Shown piece by piece: positions 26,145-35,522 of a stretch of DNA of 64,000 nucleotides. Location: contig JAAZXI010000002.1 of the NCBI GenBank assembly GCA_014240285.1, positions 3,184 through 67,183 of the forward strand. Reading direction: 5' to 3'. The notes below the pieces were generated by a model. The model made no database searches. It was not told the DNA's origin and was given only the letters and a program-made list of their open reading frames with translations. A program made the position numbers and the translations under genes. The stretch is from Methanobacteriota archaeon (GTDB lineage: Archaea; Thermoplasmatota; Poseidoniia; Poseidoniales; Thalassarchaeaceae). Position 1 is the stretch's first letter. Every line of letters starts with the position of its first letter.

Positions 26145-28820
26145 CTATTCCTCGATCTTGATGCCCTGTGCTATCATCATCTCGGACTCTAGGACCGTCT
26201 GGCGAACCGCCATCGCGGTGTCGGGAGTGACAGATATGGAGGTGATACCGCAGTCCACTAGGAACGGCGGGAACTCACTCGGGTGATCACTGGGGGCCTG
26301 GCCACAGATTCCTATCTCGAGGCCCCTCGAGGTGAATGCTTCGATGGCCGTGCGAATCATCGACTTCACTGCAGGAGCGCGGGCATCGACTTGATGTTGG
26401 TAGCCCTCGAGATCGTCCCTAGAAACCGCGTACACCGTCTGTACGAGGTCGTTGGTTCCGATTGAGCCGCCGGAAAGTTCCATCTTGTCGATGAAGGCAT
26501 CTGCATCGATGACGTTTGATGGCAGTTCAACCATTACGAATAGTGGGATTCCATTGCTGGGCCCTATCGCGTGCTCCTCGAGCAGGTCTTTGACCGCCTC
26601 GCCCTCTTCGGGTGAGCGGCAGAACGGGATCATTAGCTGCAGGTTGTTTAGGCCGAAGTCGTGGAACACCGAGGCCATAGCCTCGCACTCCATTTCGAAG
26701 GCGGGCTTGAAAATCGGGTCGAGGTATCGTGAGGCACCTCGCCAAGCGATCATCGGGTTCTCCTCCAGCGGCTCAAAGATGCTGCCGCCGAGCAGGTCTC
26801 GGTACTCGTTGGACTTGAAGTCGGATAGGCGGACAAGAACTGGCCTAGGATAGAATGCTGCACATATCAGCCCGACTCCTTCCCTCAATTTATCGATGAA
26901 CAGTCCCCTTGGATGGTCGTAGTTCCAGCACCTCCTCTCAATTGCATCTATGGTTTCGCGTATGTTCTCTTCAGGCTCCTCGGCGAGGTTTCTCGCAAAC
27001 GGCTCAATCTCAGATGGAACTTCGCCGCTGTCTAGGTACTTCTTGAGAGAGCGGTAGTGGATGAAAGCGAGCGGGTGGATGCCGATTTCGCCAGAGAGCA
27101 CGAACTCGATACGGGCCAACCCGACACCCTCGACAGGTAGTTGTGAGTCGACCAGCGACTTGGTCGGGAAGCCAACGTTGAGCTTGAGTTTGGTCTTCAG
27201 AGGGGTCGAGATGTCGACCTTATGCTCGACTATCTTGAAGGGGTGCTCACCATCGAAGACGTATCCCGTATCGCCCTCAGAGCAGGAGCCAGTGACTATT
27301 CTCTGGTTATCGAGTTTGAGTGCCCCGGCACAACCGACGATGGCGGGAATCCCAAACTCCCTCGCTATGATCGCCGCGTGACTGGTTCGACCTCCTTTGC
27401 GAGTGACGATGAGCGAGGCCTGTTTCATCATCGGCTCCCAGTCAGGAGTGGTCATCTCGGTTACCAGCACGTCCCCATTCTCGAAGACCAGTTCGTCCCA
27501 AGGTATCTCCTCGACCCTCTCTCCGCCGGCCAGCCTCTTCTGTAGGGCGCGTCGTCGCTCGAGCACCTCTTTGTACGAGCCGTAGGTCCTGATTGGCCCC
27601 GAGCCGATTCTCTTGCCGACGGCCTGACCGGTGGCGAGCACGGAGTCCTTCTTGAGTCGATCAACCAGTGCGCGATCCATCTCGTAACGAATCAAGCCAT
27701 GTGAGGTCTTGGCATGCACCGTCTCGGGCCGGGCCTGTACTATGAATAGACGTCCTTCGACGCCATCCTTGGCCCACTCGATGTCCATTGGCATCCCGTA
27801 GTGATGCTCGATTCGGAGAGCCATATTCGCTAGACGCTTGCACTCCTCGGAGCCCAGAGCCCAGTCGCGACGTTCGGAGAATGGAACTTCCTCGACAATA
27901 GTCGCCCGCACTCCGTCGCTCGCGTACACCATTCTCTGGTCCTTGCTACCCAGATGTCTGTGAACGATGGCGAACTTGTCCTTCAGAAGCCCCTCTTTCC
28001 AGACCGTGTAAGTGTCCGGAGAAACCGTTCCTTGGACAATCAATTCGCCGAGTCCGTAGGATGCTGCGATGTGGACGACTCCGTCATGACCTGAGTCGGG
28101 ATCGATGGTGAACATCACCCCTGAGGAAGCCTGATCGGAACGGACCATTTTCATCACGACCACGCACAGGGGACTCGCCAGAGGGTCCATGCCCCTGTCG
28201 AGCTGGTAGCAGATGGCTCTCTCGGTGAACTGGCTGGCGACGCACTTGCGCCAGTGCAGGACCACGCTGTTCTCGCCGTGGATGTTGAGGAATGACTCGT
28301 ACTGACCTGCAAATGAGGCGTCCTCGGAGTCTTCCGTGGTGGCAGATGAGCGCACCGCCACATCTGTTCCCTTGCCGTACTGCTCGCAGAGCTGCCGGTA
28401 TGCAAGGCAAATTGAATTTGATATCACCTCAGGAACCGGAGTCTCAATGACTAGGGAACGAGCCAGTTCGGCCCGTCCATGCATCTCTAGGGAGTCGTTC
28501 TGATCGGCGCCTTCGATACATGCCCGCAGAGCCTCGGATAGAGTCCGCTGAATGATTGCGAGAGCCCGGATGCCCTCTAAGCCGTCGACTTCAGGGACTT
28601 GTTCCCAAGTCCCCGGGGGAACTTCAGTTCCAACGAACTCTCTGTAGCTGTCAGAAGTTGTGCAATATCCATTCGGGATATCTACACCACTGCCTCTGAG
28701 GTTTCGGTACATCTCCCCCAGAGAGGCCCCTTTTCCACCGACTGCAAGTGCATCGTCGCGCCCTACCTCGTCAAACCAGAGAACGTGTGATGCTTGCCCC
28801 ATGAATCCCCAGTTCCCCAT
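26145..28820 (-). CDS. ppsA: phosphoenolpyruvate synthase (pyruvate, water dikinase)
   Basis: 891 aa. It has GGKGASLGEM, the phosphohistidine segment RKGGRTSHAAIIAREFGIPAIVG, and a C-terminal PEP-utilizer TIM barrel (GSIGTNDLVQ). Confidence 0.9.
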   Translation of the reverse strand: MGNWGFMGQASHVLWFDEVGRDDALAVGGKGASLGEMYRNLRGSGVDIPNGYCTTSDSYREFVGTEVPPGTWEQVPEVDGLEGIRALAIIQRTLSEALRACIEGADQNDSLEMHGRAELARSLVIETPVPEVISNSICLAYRQLCEQYGKGTDVAVRSSATTEDSEDASFAGQYESFLNIHGENSVVLHWRKCVASQFTERAICYQLDRGMDPLASPLCVVVMKMVRSDQASSGVMFTIDPDSGHDGVVHIAASYGLGELIVQGTVSPDTYTVWKEGLLKDKFAIVHRHLGSKDQRMVYASDGVRATIVEEVPFSERRDWALGSEECKRLANMALRIEHHYGMPMDIEWAKDGVEGRLFIVQARPETVHAKTSHGLIRYEMDRALVDRLKKDSVLATGQAVGKRIGSGPIRTYGSYKEVLERRRALQKRLAGGERVEEIPWDELVFENGDVLVTEMTTPDWEPMMKQASLIVTRKGGRTSHAAIIAREFGIPAIVGCAGALKLDNQRIVTGSCSEGDTGYVFDGEHPFKIVEHKVDISTPLKTKLKLNVGFPTKSLVDSQLPVEGVGLARIEFVLSGEIGIHPLAFIHYRSLKKYLDSGEVPSEIEPFARNLAEEPEENIRETIDAIERRCWNYDHPRGLFIDKLREGVGLICAAFYPRPVLVRLSDFKSNEYRDLLGGSIFEPLEENPMIAWRGASRYLDPIFKPAFEMECEAMASVFHDFGLNNLQLMIPFCRSPEEGEAVKDLLEEHAIGPSNGIPLFVMVELPSNVIDADAFIDKMELSGGSIGTNDLVQTVYAVSRDDLEGYQHQVDARAPAVKSMIRTAIEAFTSRGLEIGICGQAPSDHPSEFPPFLVDCGITSISVTPDTAMAVRQTVLESEMMIAQGIKIEE

Positions 28821-28945
28821 TGGACCCCTATGCCCAGTCCGCAGTTACACTCGGCGACAAATAATAGTTGAGTTTTCACTGGGGCATGGAAATCTAATGA
28901 AATACCCGGAGCAGGGTTGAAGGAGGTCCCGCCGTTGGCGAACCC

Positions 28946-29875
28946 GTGGGCGACGATGTACACAATGTGATAATCATCGGTTCAGGTCCAGCTGGTTACA
29001 CGGCTGGTCTGTACGCTGCGCGCGCTATGCTGGATCCGCTGATGTTCGCCGGTTATATGTCCGGAGGGCAACTGATGCTGACCTCGGACGTCGAGAACTT
29101 TCCCGGATATCCCTCTGGAATCGGCGGGCCCGATATGATGGTCCACATGCGCGAACAGGCTGAGCGCTTCGGACTCGAGGTACAGGACAAGAACGTCGAG
29201 AAAGTTGACTTTTCAGAGCGACCCTTCGGCGTATGGGTCGAGGGCGAGGAGTATCGTGCCGAGTCCGTAATCATCTGTACCGGCGCAGAGGCCATCTGGC
29301 TCGGTGTAGAGGGAGAGGATGCACAGAAGGGCAGAGGGATATCGACTTGCGCGACTTGTGATGGCGCCTTCTTCCGAGACCAGGAGGTCATTGTAGTGGG
29401 GGGAGGTGACTCCGCGATGGAGGAGGCGACCTTCTTGACCAGATTCGCTAGTAAGGTCACCATAATTCACCGACGCGAAGGATTCAGGGCCTCGAAGGTG
29501 ATGTACGAGCGTGCTGTGAATCATCCAAAGATCGAGATTATGACTCATAGGCAAATCAAGAGGTGGCTCTCCGATGAGAACGGACTCAGCGGGGCGGTCC
29601 TCGAGGACCCTCGGGACGGAGGTGAGGAGGAGATCTCCTGCACCGGAGCGTTCATCGCCATCGGCCACAAACCGATGACCGGATTCCTAGATGGCAAAGT
29701 CGAGATGGATGACTCGGGCTACATCCTTCACTCCGAGCACACGATGACAAGTGTTCCCGGGGTGTTCGCAGCTGGAGATGTGGTGGACAAGCGCTACCGA
29801 CAGGCCATCACCGCCGCAGGCATGGGGTGCCAAGCGGCGATGGATGCCGAGAAGTGGCTGGAAGACCAGCATTGA
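28946..29875 (+). CDS. trxB: thioredoxin-disulfide reductase
   Basis: 309 aa. It has VIIIGSGPAGYTAGLYAARA, the redox centre CATCDGAFF, VVGGGDSAMEEA and FAAGDV. Confidence 0.9.
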   Translation: MGDDVHNVIIIGSGPAGYTAGLYAARAMLDPLMFAGYMSGGQLMLTSDVENFPGYPSGIGGPDMMVHMREQAERFGLEVQDKNVEKVDFSERPFGVWVEGEEYRAESVIICTGAEAIWLGVEGEDAQKGRGISTCATCDGAFFRDQEVIVVGGGDSAMEEATFLTRFASKVTIIHRREGFRASKVMYERAVNHPKIEIMTHRQIKRWLSDENGLSGAVLEDPRDGGEEEISCTGAFIAIGHKPMTGFLDGKVEMDDSGYILHSEHTMTSVPGVFAAGDVVDKRYRQAITAAGMGCQAAMDAEKWLEDQH

Positions 29876-29884
29876 GGTGCTGAC

Positions 29885-30262
29885 TTGGGGCCCACGAACG
29901 AGACGGGTTGGCTGAACAACAGGATTGCTGACTTCTTCTACCTCCTGCATGTCGCTATCACCTTCTTCTGCGCCTTCGCTTGGCTGGGGCCGTATGAGTG
30001 GATGTGGTGGGGCGTGTTCGTCCTGTATGGAGCCACCGAAATCCTCTGGCTGCTGAGGGATGGTTACTGCATTATCACCGACATCGAGAGGTACTTCAGA
30101 GGAGTGCCGCGGCCCGAGTCTCACCTGGATCAGAACTTCATTCGCAGATTGGTACGAACCATCGTGAGACGTGACATTCAACCAGAAAGTGCGCGAAAAC
30201 TGACTCGGATTTGGGGCCGTGTCGGGTGGCTGGTAGCCACAGTCCGCCTGTTCGTGCTCTGA
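29885..30262 (+). CDS. small membrane protein (possibly DUF2784-like)
   Basis: 125 aa with a TTG start and two or three hydrophobic helices followed by GYCIITDIERYFRG. The family assignment is from memory only. Confidence 0.4.
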   Translation: MGPTNETGWLNNRIADFFYLLHVAITFFCAFAWLGPYEWMWWGVFVLYGATEILWLLRDGYCIITDIERYFRGVPRPESHLDQNFIRRLVRTIVRRDIQPESARKLTRIWGRVGWLVATVRLFVL

Positions 30263-30292
30263 TGTCAATGGGAGTCTTGAGCCGAAGAGGCC

Positions 30293-31450
30293 ATGTTGGG
30301 TCGGCCCTCTCGTGGAGCTGTGTCTGGTGAGCAGGGTGAGCGTTACGCGAGGCATCTGACCCTCCCAGAGGTTGGTCCCGTAGGGCAGAGGCTCCTCACT
30401 GATGCCTCGATACTAGTAGTAGGGGCCGGCGGACTAGGCTCACCGGCTCTGCTGTACTTAGCAGCGGCTGGAATAGGCAGGATAGGAATCATCGACGACG
30501 ACTCTGTCAGCCTCTCGAACCTGCAGAGACAGGTTCTGCACGGCACCGCCGCTATCGGCGAGGCGAAGGTGGTTTCTGCCGCTCGGCGACTCGGCGACCT
30601 CAATCCCGAAGTCACAGTCGAAGCACACGAGAAAAGACTCGGGGTTGGTAACGCCCTTGAGTTGATTGGTAGTTATGACCTCGTCATCGACGGCTCTGAC
30701 AACTTCGCAACGAGATATCTCATAGGTGACGCCTGCGAGATACTGGGCAAACCGTGGGTTTTCGGCAGCATACACAGATTCGAGGGGCAGGTCGCCACCT
30801 TCAATCTCGACGGAGGGCCCAACTACCGTGATCTGTTTCCCAAGACGCCCCCAGCAGAGCTGGCACCAAATTGTGCTGAGGCGGGCGTACTAGGAGTCCT
30901 CCCGGGAATTGTCGGATCGATACAGGCCACCGAAGCGATCAAGATTATTCTAGGAGTTGGCGAGCCGCTCAGCGGCAGACTGCTGGTCATAGACACCCTC
31001 GGCATGGGGATGCGTTCGCTCTCATACTCACACGACCCGTCCCGAGCGACGGTGACTGACCTCTCCGATTATGAGATAGAGTGCTCAAACCCAGAAGATG
31101 TCGTCGAAGAACCTCAGCGCGAGATGTTTGAAATCAATCCGGCTGATTATGTCCAGAGGGTTAACCGAGGATGGTCTCCTTTCCTGCTAGATGTCAGGAG
31201 GATGGATGAGGAGAGAATCGTCTCGCTAGAGGGTACTTCGTTGCGCATCCAGCACAACTCAGTACCACAGCAAGTGGACGAGATTCCCTCTGACCGTGAC
31301 GTGGTGATCTACTGTAGAACCGGGGGCAGGTCGGCTGCTGTGGCACGTTTCCTAGTAGCTTCGAGAAGCTCTGAGGGGCGTGTGTACAACTTGGCTGGCG
31401 GGATTCATGAGTGGTCGGACACGGTCGACTCCAGAATACCAAAATACTAA
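30293..31450 (+). CDS. MoeB/ThiF/UbaA-type E1-like adenylyltransferase with C-terminal rhodanese domain
   Basis: 385 aa. It has RYARHLTLPEVG, the nucleotide loop VVGAGGLGSPALLYLAAAGIG, and DxDxVxxSNLQRQVLH. The C-terminal rhodanese active-site loop is IYCRTGGRS. Confidence 0.85.
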   Translation: MLGRPSRGAVSGEQGERYARHLTLPEVGPVGQRLLTDASILVVGAGGLGSPALLYLAAAGIGRIGIIDDDSVSLSNLQRQVLHGTAAIGEAKVVSAARRLGDLNPEVTVEAHEKRLGVGNALELIGSYDLVIDGSDNFATRYLIGDACEILGKPWVFGSIHRFEGQVATFNLDGGPNYRDLFPKTPPAELAPNCAEAGVLGVLPGIVGSIQATEAIKIILGVGEPLSGRLLVIDTLGMGMRSLSYSHDPSRATVTDLSDYEIECSNPEDVVEEPQREMFEINPADYVQRVNRGWSPFLLDVRRMDEERIVSLEGTSLRIQHNSVPQQVDEIPSDRDVVIYCRTGGRSAAVARFLVASRSSEGRVYNLAGGIHEWSDTVDSRIPKY

Positions 31451-31605
31451 TTGTGGTAATAATTATTTGAAACTAACATTTTTTTGTGGTATTTTGTATC
31501 ATTAAACTGTTGATATTTACCGAATTACTCAATTTTTGGGAATTTGTGGTTGCTAACCTTGCAGCACATCGAAGATTTGTTGTATTAGTTCCCTCTCGGC
31601 GCATT
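31451..31605. promoter_or_regulatory. 155-bp AT-rich intergenic spacer with three TTGTGGT direct repeats
   Basis: TTGTGGT occurs at 31451-31457, 31484-31490 and 31544-31550. This is the most AT-rich stretch I saw in the window. A TATA-like TGTATTAG lies about 23 nt upstream of ATG 31606. Confidence 0.5.
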
Positions 31606-34482
31606 ATGGCCATCATTCGCCAGGGGGTCTGGAAATGCCCGTCGTGTGAGCATCACCAGATATGGAGAGTACGGCAAGAGACAGCGCGTCTGGACAGGAG
31701 ATGCCAACACTGTGGGGGCAGAGTCAGGGCCACTCTGAATCGCTCTTCTAGCGGCCAAGGGAGGCGACGCAACGTGCAGATCTGGGAGAGAGAAGCCTCT
31801 CTCGACCCCGAAGAGCTGAGAATCGAAGCTGGACGCAGGAACGATGGGGCCGAGAAGACGGAAAGGGGTCTTGACTCCGTCGTCTCGTCCTCTCCCGGCG
31901 AAGCGTCTCAGAGTGACCTCCCAGTAATCTGGGGGGCGGGATGGGGGCCGGCCCGAGCCATGGAGTTCTCCAAGCCCCTTCGCTCCTCCGCTGCGAGGGC
32001 GGAACTGCTCAGGTTCTTCGCTGAGAGGCACGATGGACATCTGGCCATTGCCGCGGCCTGCTGGGATGGAATAGGCGTCCCGGACTCGTTCGACGGGGAG
32101 TCTTTTCACGAGTTCTCTAAGGAATATGTAGAAGCGTTCGGAGAATCTCTCCGAGACCGTTTGCTCTCCCCTGATCTGAGCTCGGTTCACTCTGTCGAGG
32201 TAATTCCGAGGAGAACCGCAGATACCCATCTGGAACGGCGTACTGCTAGACTGTTGACAGACACAGCACTGTGCCTCAGAAGGATTGCTCACTACTCGTC
32301 CATCACCCTCGAACAGCGCATTGATTGGCAGAGAATGATGACTCGGACGAGGGTCGTTGACGAGCATCTCAAGGACCTGTTCGCAAATGGTATCGAGACT
32401 CCCGATGGAGGAAGTTTTGGAGGCAAGGGCTTCCGCTCGACCTGGCAGGAAGGGATAGTTGCCTGCGCCAGCGCCATGCGCAGGGCCGTCGATTTATCCG
32501 CCGACGAGAGGTACCGTGCTGACATAGTCGCGCCAATGATTCGAGATGTCGGCCTAGCTCTTGCCATGGGGCAGACTGCACTCGAGGTCTTCTCCTCGCA
32601 GATAGGTAAGTCTGGATCTTACATGGACGGCGGACACGAGGGTGCCGGAGGGAGGGATCTCCACATTGGCAACTGGGAGAAAGGGATTCTCCCTCCCACC
32701 GCTCCTCTGCCAATCGCCAGTGCCACTACAACAGGAGTGGCTCTGGCTGCCTCTAGGCTCTCAGTAGATCGTTTTCATCTTGCCCCAGTAGGCGAGGGAT
32801 GCAGTAGCAACGGCGAGTTCTGGGAGGCTATGAACCTCGCTGGAGCTAGAGGTCTGCCGATATCGTTCATGATTCAGAACAATCAGATTGCACTCGACAC
32901 ATTCGTCACCGGCCAATCAGGAGTGGAGACCTTTGGTGACAAGGGCCATGCCATGGGGATTCCGGCATGGACCATTGACGGCTCTGACCCCGGACTGTTC
33001 TACGCATCGACAGCGGTAGCTAGGGAGTTCGCCCTCGACGGCTGTGGCTCCACCCTAATCCACGTCGAGACGATGCGCGGCTGCGGACATGCTCACCACC
33101 ATGATGACCTGTACCTTGGAGCTACCTCGGGCAACCCCCCTGGGTACGTCGACAGGGGGCTGCTGACGTACTGGGCCGAGAAGGACCCTGTGCCGAACCA
33201 TAGGGAGCTGCTGGTCCAATCGGGTTGCGACGAGCAGACACTGGATGCAATGGAGTCTGAGGAGCAGGCCTCGGCGGATGCGGCTCGTGAGGAGATGGAA
33301 GGCATGCCCTGGCCCGAGGGCTACACAGTGACAAAGGGGATCACGGGTCTGCATGACGCCCCCAGCCACACCGAGCAGTATGAGAGATTTGGACGCGAGG
33401 TCGGCCTCACTGAGTGTCCGCTAGAGTCCGGAGAGGAGGCTCTGGAGTTCTCTGACGCGTCCAACGCCCGAACCTACAGCAGAGCCATTCAGGATGCTAT
33501 GGCTTCGATAGCGGACAAACACGGCGATAGGGTCGTCTTCATGGGAGAAGACATGGAGATTGCTGGCGCCTTCGGACTGAATCTACCCCTGAAGGCAAGG
33601 GGTCACTCGGACAAGCTTCTCGATATGCCCCTGTCCGAAGCGGCCATAGTACACTCAGCCACCGGTGCAGCGCTTGGTGGGCTGCGTCCGGTGGCTGAGA
33701 TTCAATTCGGCGGCTTCGCGGCGCTAGCAATGAACGCGCTGGTCAACAACGCAGCTCAGTTGCGTTGGCGGTGGGGCGCTGAAGTCCCTGTCACGGTGCG
33801 CATTCCACTGGGAGGAAAGACCCGCAGTGGGCCGTTCCACGCCAATATAATCGAGTCGTGGTTCATCAACGACCCTGGACTGGTCATCGTATTCCCGAGC
33901 ACACCTCAAGACGCCTATGACCTCCTCATCGAATCGCACGAACTGGATGACCCGGTAATTTTCCTAGAGCACATAGGGCTCTACGGGCTCAGGGGTGGTC
34001 TGACGGGGTGGGGGGAATCAATCAGCCAATTGGTGGACAAGCATGCTGTTTACGAGCGTCTCGCTACAGGCGAGAGCTCGCTTGGGAAGGCGCGCGTGTT
34101 GAGGGGGGGCAGGGACATGACCATCGTGACTTGGGGCGCGATGGTGCACGTTGCCATGAAAGCAGCCTCTGAGGCCTCCAATCGCGGCATTGAGGTTGAG
34201 GTAGTGGATCTGAGAACCATCTCTCCCTTCGATGCTCAGACCTGCGTGGAATCAGTCAGGAGGACTGGGCGATTGCTGGTCCTGCAGGAGGCCCAATGGA
34301 CTGGAGGGTTTGGGAACACAGTCAGCAGCCGAATAATGGAAGAAGCGTTCTGGTGCCTAGAGAGCCCTCCAGTGGTAATCGGAGCGCTCGACACACCGGT
34401 GCCGTTCTCACCGCCTCTGGAAGATCACACGATGCCGACTGCCGAACTTGTCTCTAGGCACATCGATAGGATGTGTTCGTGA
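31606..34482 (+). CDS. fused 2-oxoacid dehydrogenase E1 alpha-beta (TPP-dependent) with a novel Zn-ribbon N-terminal extension
   Basis: The track ORF starts at GTG 31486, inside the AT-rich spacer, so ATG 31606 (MAIIRQGVWKCPSCEHH) is more likely. The Zn ribbon is CPSC-x18-CQHC. The E1alpha TPP motif is GEGCSSNGEFWEAMNLAGARGLPISFMIQNN. The E1beta part has VVFMGEDM...LLDMPLSEAAIVHSATGAALGGLRPVAEIQFGGF. Confidence 0.8.
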   Translation: MAIIRQGVWKCPSCEHHQIWRVRQETARLDRRCQHCGGRVRATLNRSSSGQGRRRNVQIWEREASLDPEELRIEAGRRNDGAEKTERGLDSVVSSSPGEASQSDLPVIWGAGWGPARAMEFSKPLRSSAARAELLRFFAERHDGHLAIAAACWDGIGVPDSFDGESFHEFSKEYVEAFGESLRDRLLSPDLSSVHSVEVIPRRTADTHLERRTARLLTDTALCLRRIAHYSSITLEQRIDWQRMMTRTRVVDEHLKDLFANGIETPDGGSFGGKGFRSTWQEGIVACASAMRRAVDLSADERYRADIVAPMIRDVGLALAMGQTALEVFSSQIGKSGSYMDGGHEGAGGRDLHIGNWEKGILPPTAPLPIASATTTGVALAASRLSVDRFHLAPVGEGCSSNGEFWEAMNLAGARGLPISFMIQNNQIALDTFVTGQSGVETFGDKGHAMGIPAWTIDGSDPGLFYASTAVAREFALDGCGSTLIHVETMRGCGHAHHHDDLYLGATSGNPPGYVDRGLLTYWAEKDPVPNHRELLVQSGCDEQTLDAMESEEQASADAAREEMEGMPWPEGYTVTKGITGLHDAPSHTEQYERFGREVGLTECPLESGEEALEFSDASNARTYSRAIQDAMASIADKHGDRVVFMGEDMEIAGAFGLNLPLKARGHSDKLLDMPLSEAAIVHSATGAALGGLRPVAEIQFGGFAALAMNALVNNAAQLRWRWGAEVPVTVRIPLGGKTRSGPFHANIIESWFINDPGLVIVFPSTPQDAYDLLIESHELDDPVIFLEHIGLYGLRGGLTGWGESISQLVDKHAVYERLATGESSLGKARVLRGGRDMTIVTWGAMVHVAMKAASEASNRGIEVEVVDLRTISPFDAQTCVESVRRTGRLLVLQEAQWTGGFGNTVSSRIMEEAFWCLESPPVVIGALDTPVPFSPPLEDHTMPTAELVSRHIDRMCS

Positions 34483-34538
34483 ATCCTCCTAACTGCCCTA
34501 CCAAACGGTCATGAGCGAAGTAATACCCGGCGTGTCAA

Positions 34539-35486
34539 ATGACTACTCTGGCTATGGCCGATGGTCCCCTAGTATTGCTGGGATTCGTGCTACTGATGCT
34601 TGGAGGGGAGCTTGTCGTCCAAGGAGCCGTCACGATTGCTGGCAGACTGCGGGTGCCGCCTCTCTTGGTCGGATTCACCATCGTCGCCATCGGGACCTCG
34701 TTGCCCGAACTGGCTGTAGTCCTTGAAGCGGTCAACGAGGGAACTCACGAAATCGCCGTTGGGGGAGTGCTGGGCTCAAACGTGGCCAATGTGATGCTGG
34801 TGTTAGGAACAGCGTCCCTGCTCGGAGCCGCGTCGGACCCGGGGCAAGGAATACGCCGTGACGCTACAGCGGTGGCAGTAGCTACGGTAATACTGCTTGC
34901 TGCAGTTCTGATTGGTGAAATCGCATGGCAGTTCGGCGTCCTCATGCTGCTCGGTCTCGCTGCTTACTACTCCTATTCTTACCGCGCCTCCAAGGCAGAA
35001 GGTACCGATATCGAGGACAGTGACACATGGCTCCCCGACTACATCCTGCTCGCCGTTCCAGTGACGGTTTTTGGTGGATATATGATATGGACAGGGGCTG
35101 AGATGCTAGTAGAGGGTGCCACTGGACTAGCAGGTAGTTATGGCATTTCTGAGTCCGTCATCGGGCTATCTGTCGTAGCCCTGGGGACTTCTCTCCCGGA
35201 GCTAGCTGTTACCATTGTCGCTGGCCTCCGTGGTCAGGGTGGTGTCGCTGTGGGCAACGTACTCGGTTCCAACGTCATCAACATCCTAGGCATACTAGGT
35301 GTCGCTGCAACCTACTCTGGCGGCCTCATAATCGCCCCCGAGTTCGCCGCGAGAGACATCTGGGTGGTCGTTCTTACCTCCGGCTTCATCGTGGCCATGC
35401 TGCTCGATGAGCGCCACATAGGAAAGCGCGTCGGAGCCGCGATGGTAGGCGGCTATCTGGCTTACATGGCGATGTTGTACCTGTAG
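34539..35486 (+). CDS. Ca2+/cation antiporter (CaCA / YrbG family)
   Basis: 315 aa with about 10 TM segments. The two alpha-repeat signatures are GTSLPELAVVL and GTSLPELAVTI. Confidence 0.85.
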   Translation: MTTLAMADGPLVLLGFVLLMLGGELVVQGAVTIAGRLRVPPLLVGFTIVAIGTSLPELAVVLEAVNEGTHEIAVGGVLGSNVANVMLVLGTASLLGAASDPGQGIRRDATAVAVATVILLAAVLIGEIAWQFGVLMLLGLAAYYSYSYRASKAEGTDIEDSDTWLPDYILLAVPVTVFGGYMIWTGAEMLVEGATGLAGSYGISESVIGLSVVALGTSLPELAVTIVAGLRGQGGVAVGNVLGSNVINILGILGVAATYSGGLIIAPEFAARDIWVVVLTSGFIVAMLLDERHIGKRVGAAMVGGYLAYMAMLYL

Positions 35487-35522
35487 GCGAACCGCTAAGG
35501 CCGGGACCCCGGTCCTAGGGTC

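Noticed and set aside
28830-28887. Imperfect long-range inverted repeat ATGCCCAGT ... ACTGGGGCAT in the ppsA/trxB divergent spacer
   Set aside because: The arms differ by an extra G and are separated by about 40 nt, so the evidence is too weak. It is noted only as a place to look if TSS data become available.
29687-30355. 222-aa minus-strand ORF spanning the trxB 3' end, the small membrane gene and the moeB-like 5' end
   Set aside because: It crosses two intergenic gaps and three well-supported plus-strand genes, and has no recognisable motif.
31451-31605. AT-rich spacer with repeats as a replication origin (ORB-like elements plus DUE)
   Set aside because: There is no orc1/cdc6 gene nearby. 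The repeats are 7-mers in direct orientation, not the inverted 13-36-bp ORB/mini-ORB elements. The region is short. It is kept as a regulatory-region finding instead.
31585-32367. 260-aa ORF antisense to the N-terminal extension of the E1 fusion
   Set aside because: The composition is Arg/Pro/Ser/Gly-rich with no motif. The sense frame carries a coherent CxxC...CxxC ribbon and continues without a stop into E1alpha. It is worth re-examining only if the sense extension proves untranslated.
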